Assembly: GCA_017556685.1 (NCBI GenBank)
Contig: JAFYMH010000111.1
Span: forward strand, 1 to 41,867
Origin: Clostridia bacterium
Lineage (GTDB): Bacteria; Bacillota; Clostridia; Oscillospirales; CAG-272
Length of the DNA: 41,867 nucleotides
Direction: 5' to 3'
The position numbers were made by a program, and so were the translations under genes. Positions 38,045 through 41,867 of the stretch are shown piece by piece. Within the stretch, counting starts at the first letter, position 1, and every line of letters begins with the position of its first letter. The notes beneath the pieces were generated by a model, which was not told where the DNA came from, made no database searches, and saw nothing but the letters and a program-made list of their open reading frames with translations.

Positions 38045-39961
38045 ATGATCATTCTCAGTACCTCAGAGCTGTCGCTCTCCTTCGGGGGAACGTCGGTGCT
38101 CTCGGGCGTCACCTTTGGCGTTAACGAGGGCGATTCCATCGGCGTGATCGGCGTCAACGGCGCAGGCAAGACCTCGCTCTTCCGTCTGCTCACGGGGATG
38201 TATACCCCCGATAGCGGATCGGTCACGGTCATGCACGGGAAAACGGTCGGCATGCTCGAGCAGAATACCGATCTCTCGGCGCTCGGCGACAGGACCGTTC
38301 TCGAATATATGTACTCGGCATTCCCCGAGCTTCTCGAGCTTGAGTGTGAGATCGCAGAGCTTGAGGGGGAGCTTCCCCTTCTCGATACCGAGAGCGCACT
38401 TGCGGCAAGCGCGCGCCTATCCCGTCTTCACGACCGCTTCAGAGAAGGGGGCGGTCTTGAATTTCGCGGAAGATGCCGCAGTATGCTCCTTCGCCTCGGC
38501 TATGACGAGGCACTTCTGTCGGCTCCCGTTTCGGGACTGAGCGGCGGACAGCACACGCGGCTTTCCCTTGCAAGACTGCTTGCGAGAGAGCCGGATATCC
38601 TTCTGCTCGACGAGCCGACCAACCATCTCGATATCGACGCGCTCGCATGGCTTGAGGAGTATCTCGGGTCCTACAAGGGAACGCTGCTCGTCATCTCGCA
38701 CGACCGCTTTTTCCTTGACCGCACGACGAAAAAGACCCTTTCGATCGAGCATCACCGCGCGATGCTCTACGAGGGAAGCTACTCGGCGGCAAAGGCCGCC
38801 GCTCAGCGCGACCGCGCCTCGCTTTTGCACCGATACAAGGAGCAGCAAAAGGAGATCGCAAGGATCGAGGCGAACATCGCCTTTCAAAGGCGGTGCGGTC
38901 AGGAGCATAACTTCGTTACCATCCGCTCAAAGCAAAAGCAGCTTGACCGCATGGAAAGGGTCGAGCTTGCTCCCGCGCCGCCGCGCGAGATCCGTATGTC
39001 CTTTACGGCAGACAAAGCCGCGGCAAACGACGTGATCGGCATCCGAAATCTTTCCTTTTCCTATACGGGAGAGCCCCTGCTCTCGGATCTCACCCTTCGG
39101 GTCAGGCGAGGCGAGCGTGTCCTCTTTCTCGGCGCGAACGGATGCGGAAAATCCACTCTGATGAAGCTTCTCGCGGGGAGGATACGGCAGGACGCGGGAT
39201 ATATCGACCTCGGGCATGGGATCACGGTCGGGTATTACGATCAGGAGAACCGCGACCTGTGCGATGCGAAAACCGTCTTCTCCGAGCTTCGCGACGCCTA
39301 TCCCCAAAAGACCGACGGCGAGATCCGCGGGATCCTCGCCCTGTTCCTCTTCTGCGGAGAGGACGTTTTTAAGCAGGTTGCATCCCTCTCGGGAGGCGAG
39401 CGGGCGCGCCTGACGCTTGCAAAGCTGATGCTCCGCCGCGTTTCGCTTCTCATTCTCGACGAGCCGACCAACCATCTTGACGTTGGCTCGCGCGAGGCGC
39501 TTGAGAGCGCGATCGCCGCCTTTGACGGAACGGTGATCGCCGTTTCGCACGATCGCTATTTCATCGACCGAACCGCGACCCGCATCATCGAGCTTGACCG
39601 CGCCGCCGAGGGTGGGTTTGTCGACTATCCGCTCGGTGAAGGCGACTCGGCGTATACCGAATACCTGCGCCTGCGCGAGGCGTCAAGGCAGAGCCCCGCC
39701 CCGCGCGAGGAGAAAGGCGAGAGCGACGCAAAGCTCCTTTACGAGCAGAAAAAGCGCGAGAACGCCGAGCGCAGAGCGGCAGAGCGGCGGCGCGAGCGCG
39801 CCGAGCGGCGCGTTTCCGAGCTTGAAGAGGAGCTCGAAGCACTTGACGCCGAGCTGTACGGCTCGGCCTCGCAGAACTATCTCCGCGCCGCCGAGATCGA
39901 TACGCGCAAAAACGAGATCGAAGAGGAGCTTCTTTCGCTCTACGAGCTGACGATGGACTAA
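38045..39961 (+). CDS. ABC-F family ATPase (tandem ABC domains, no TM domain)
   Basis: Two Walker A motifs (GVNGAGKTS and GANGCGKST), two LSGG signatures (LSGGQHTR and LSGGERAR), and a C-terminal Arg/Glu coiled coil. Confidence 0.92.
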   Translation: MIILSTSELSLSFGGTSVLSGVTFGVNEGDSIGVIGVNGAGKTSLFRLLTGMYTPDSGSVTVMHGKTVGMLEQNTDLSALGDRTVLEYMYSAFPELLELECEIAELEGELPLLDTESALAASARLSRLHDRFREGGGLEFRGRCRSMLLRLGYDEALLSAPVSGLSGGQHTRLSLARLLAREPDILLLDEPTNHLDIDALAWLEEYLGSYKGTLLVISHDRFFLDRTTKKTLSIEHHRAMLYEGSYSAAKAAAQRDRASLLHRYKEQQKEIARIEANIAFQRRCGQEHNFVTIRSKQKQLDRMERVELAPAPPREIRMSFTADKAAANDVIGIRNLSFSYTGEPLLSDLTLRVRRGERVLFLGANGCGKSTLMKLLAGRIRQDAGYIDLGHGITVGYYDQENRDLCDAKTVFSELRDAYPQKTDGEIRGILALFLFCGEDVFKQVASLSGGERARLTLAKLMLRRVSLLILDEPTNHLDVGSREALESAIAAFDGTVIAVSHDRYFIDRTATRIIELDRAAEGGFVDYPLGEGDSAYTEYLRLREASRQSPAPREEKGESDAKLLYEQKKRENAERRAAERRRERAERRVSELEEELEALDAELYGSASQNYLRAAEIDTRKNEIEEELLSLYELTMD

Positions 39962-40515
39962 ACCGTTTCGGCAGGGATAATCGCGATCCCGCCGTAGAGC
40001 GAGTCAAAGCAATCCTCTGTGTTCTCCACGCGCAGGCGCACGCCGTCGATCTTAAGATACCGCGCGTAGTCGTAGGTATAGCTGTCAAGGGGACGGTCAA
40101 GGGCGTCGTCGCTCTGTGCGGCAACGAGCGGAACCCCGTCCGAAAAGCCGACGACGAGAAGGGTGTGGTAATAGCCCGTTTCCTCTCTTGCGAGCTGAAT
40201 GACGTCGCCAAGCTCGATCGCCTCCGGCGCGACCTCGCGCCCAAAGGGTCCGACGCCGCGGTTGGAGGTCAGAAAGTTATAAAAGAACTCCACGCCCGAC
40301 CAGGACGCCGTTCGCTCGGTGTCGGAGAGGTAATACCAGCCGAAGATCGGGGTAAAATTCATCGTGCAGGAGCCTGCGTAAAGGCTTTGGGAAACGAAGT
40401 TGGTGCAGTTTCCGCCGATCCCCGTATAATCGTTGAACAGGGGATTTCTCGAAAACGCCCACCTCCTTGCATACTCTACGGCGCGCTCGCGGTTGTAGGG
40501 TTTTGTGACAAGCAT
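39958..40515 (-). CDS. putative amidase-domain protein (papain-like / NlpC-P60-like fold)
   Basis: GGNCTNFVSQSLYAG (candidate catalytic Cys) and YYHTLLVVG (candidate His). AGGAGG lies 6 nt upstream of ATG 40515. The stop overlaps the ABC-F stop. Confidence 0.7.
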   Translation of the reverse strand: MLVTKPYNRERAVEYARRWAFSRNPLFNDYTGIGGNCTNFVSQSLYAGSCTMNFTPIFGWYYLSDTERTASWSGVEFFYNFLTSNRGVGPFGREVAPEAIELGDVIQLAREETGYYHTLLVVGFSDGVPLVAAQSDDALDRPLDSYTYDYARYLKIDGVRLRVENTEDCFDSLYGGIAIIPAETV

Positions 40516-40611
40516 GGCACTCCTCCTTTTCTCTTTAGAGGATATGCCGCCGCCGCCCTTGCCGTGAAAGCAAAAAAAACGAAAAAGGTCGAACTTTTTT
40601 CAAAAAAAATA

Positions 40612-40640
40612 TTGCCGTTTGAACCGCCTTGTGCTAAAAT
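40612..40640 (+). promoter_or_regulatory. putative sigmaA promoter of the GMP synthase gene
   Basis: TTGCCG (40612-40617), 17 nt, gTGcTAAAAT (TAAAAT 40635-40640). Confidence 0.45.
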
Positions 40641-40674
40641 AATACCATTAAAGAAACCGACGGAGGAAAACGAA

Positions 40675-41676
40675 ATGGATCCCAACAAGCGCCCCGAATC
40701 CATGCAAAGAATCACAAGCAAGGCACTTGCCGACGCTTTTATCGCCGAGCAGGTATCCGCCATCCAAAAGCAGGTCGGCAACAGAAAGGTTCTTCTCGCC
40801 CTCTCGGGCGGCGTTGACTCCTCTGTGGTTGCGGCACTCTTGATCAAGGCGATCGGAAAGCAGCTCATCTGCGTGCACGTCAATCACGGACTGATGCGCA
40901 AGGGCGAATCCGAGGCGGTCGTCGAGATCTTCGGCAAGACCCTTGACGCCAACCTCGTTTACGTTGATGCAACCGACCGCTTCCTTGATCTTCTTGCCGG
41001 CGTATCCGATCCCGAGAAGAAGAGAAAGATCATCGGGCGCGAGTTCATCGAGGTCTTTGCCGACGAGGCAAGACGTCTTGAGGGCGTTGAGTTCCTCGCG
41101 CAGGGCACCATCTACCCCGATATCCTTGAGAGCGTCAAGCAAGCAGAGGGTAAGAAGGCGGTCAAGTCGCACCATAACGTCGGCGGTCTGCCCGAGGATC
41201 TGAAGTTCGAGCTCGTCGAGCCCATCAAACTTCTCTATAAGGACGAGGTCCGCGTTGTCGGCGAGGCGCTCGGCCTTCCCCACGCGATGGTCTACCGTCA
41301 GCCCTTCCCCGGCCCCGGACTCGGCGTGCGTTGCCTTGGCGCGATCACGCGCGACCGTCTTGCCGCCCTTCGCGAGGCAGACGCCATTCTGCGCGACGAG
41401 TTTGACACGTCAGGACTTGCAGAAAAGGTCTGGCAGTTCTTCGTCGTCGTTCCCGACATGAAGAGCGTCGGCGTCAAGGACGATTCGAGATACGAGGGCT
41501 GGCCCGCCATCATCCGCGCCGTCAACACCAAGGACGCCATGACCGCCTCGATCGAGGAGATCCCCTACGCGATCCTTGCAAAGATCACGAGCCGTATCAC
41601 GGCAGAGGTCGAGGGCATCAACCGCGTGCTCTACGATCTCACCCCGAAGCCTACCGGGACGATTGAATGGGAATGA
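40675..41676 (+). CDS. guaA: GMP synthase ATP-pyrophosphatase plus dimerisation domains only (no glutamine amidotransferase domain)
   Basis: VLLALSGGVDSSV P-loop, SHHNVGGLP, YRQPFPGPGLGVR and the invariant C-terminus GTIEWE. ATG 40675 has GGAGGA 7 nt upstream. The upstream part of the 503-aa track ORF is antisense to the amidase gene. Confidence 0.9.
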   Translation: MDPNKRPESMQRITSKALADAFIAEQVSAIQKQVGNRKVLLALSGGVDSSVVAALLIKAIGKQLICVHVNHGLMRKGESEAVVEIFGKTLDANLVYVDATDRFLDLLAGVSDPEKKRKIIGREFIEVFADEARRLEGVEFLAQGTIYPDILESVKQAEGKKAVKSHHNVGGLPEDLKFELVEPIKLLYKDEVRVVGEALGLPHAMVYRQPFPGPGLGVRCLGAITRDRLAALREADAILRDEFDTSGLAEKVWQFFVVVPDMKSVGVKDDSRYEGWPAIIRAVNTKDAMTASIEEIPYAILAKITSRITAEVEGINRVLYDLTPKPTGTIEWE

Positions 41677-41698
41677 GGCTCCGCTCATTCCCATTCAA
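41663..41698 (+). repeat. 15-bp perfect inverted repeat spanning the guaA stop codon
   Basis: TTGAATGGGAATGAG-GCTCCG-CTCATTCCCATTCAA. The left arm encodes the final IEWE-stop. No U-tract follows. Confidence 0.7.
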
Positions 41699-41788
41699 GT
41701 CAACTATGATCGTTTCGCAGAAACGGTCATATCATAACGTTTGGCGAAGCCAAGCTCTGACTGAACTATGCCGCAAAGCGGCGAAAAA

Positions 41789-41827
41789 AGGATGAGAAAT
41801 TTTCACGATTTCTCATCCTTTTTTCTT
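41789..41827 (+). terminator. intrinsic terminator downstream of guaA
   Basis: AGGATGAGAAAT / ATTTCTCATCCT 12-bp stem (41789-41800 / 41808-41819) followed by TTTTTTCTTT. Confidence 0.8.
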
Positions 41828-41867
41828 TAATTCAACTTGAGCGCAAAGCAGCACCCCCTACAATACC

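Overview
GC-rich Firmicutes/Clostridia-style chromosomal core segment with Shine-Dalgarno RBSs, sigmaA-type promoters, and CIRCE and CtsR operators. I call 39 protein-coding genes. I saw no rRNA, tRNA, CRISPR array, transposase or integrase. Gene order, left to right: (1) a minus-strand FAD-oxidase plus Fe-S subunit pair with a divergent AraC regulator; (2) pyruvate kinase; (3) a purine block purE-purM-purN followed by a single in-frame purD-FGAM synthase (purL-type) ORF; (4) a hairpin- and repeat-rich convergent intergenic region; (5) a multi-pass membrane protein with a cytoplasmic uL15-like C-terminal domain; (6) a complete F1Fo ATP synthase operon atpZ-like/I/B/E/F/H/A/G/D/C on the minus strand; (7) a small flavin-reductase/XRE/hypothetical operon; (8) clpB preceded by both a perfect CIRCE and a perfect CtsR box; (9) a complete arginine cluster argG-argH-argC-argJ-argB-argD-argF on the minus strand; (10) a trigger-factor-like lipoprotein; (11) the ylm/division-site cluster yggS-sepF-yggT-lspA-rluD; (12) an ABC-F ATPase; (13) an amidase-domain protein; (14) a stand-alone GMP synthase ATP-pyrophosphatase gene. 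Most of the window is housekeeping. The items most worth a second look are the PurD-FGAMS fusion, the TCGATAT motif array, the membrane-anchored uL15-like protein, the dual HrcA/CtsR operators at clpB, the Na+-type c subunit with a short epsilon, and the split guaA. All homology statements come from reading the translated sequences and recognising motifs. No database search was run.
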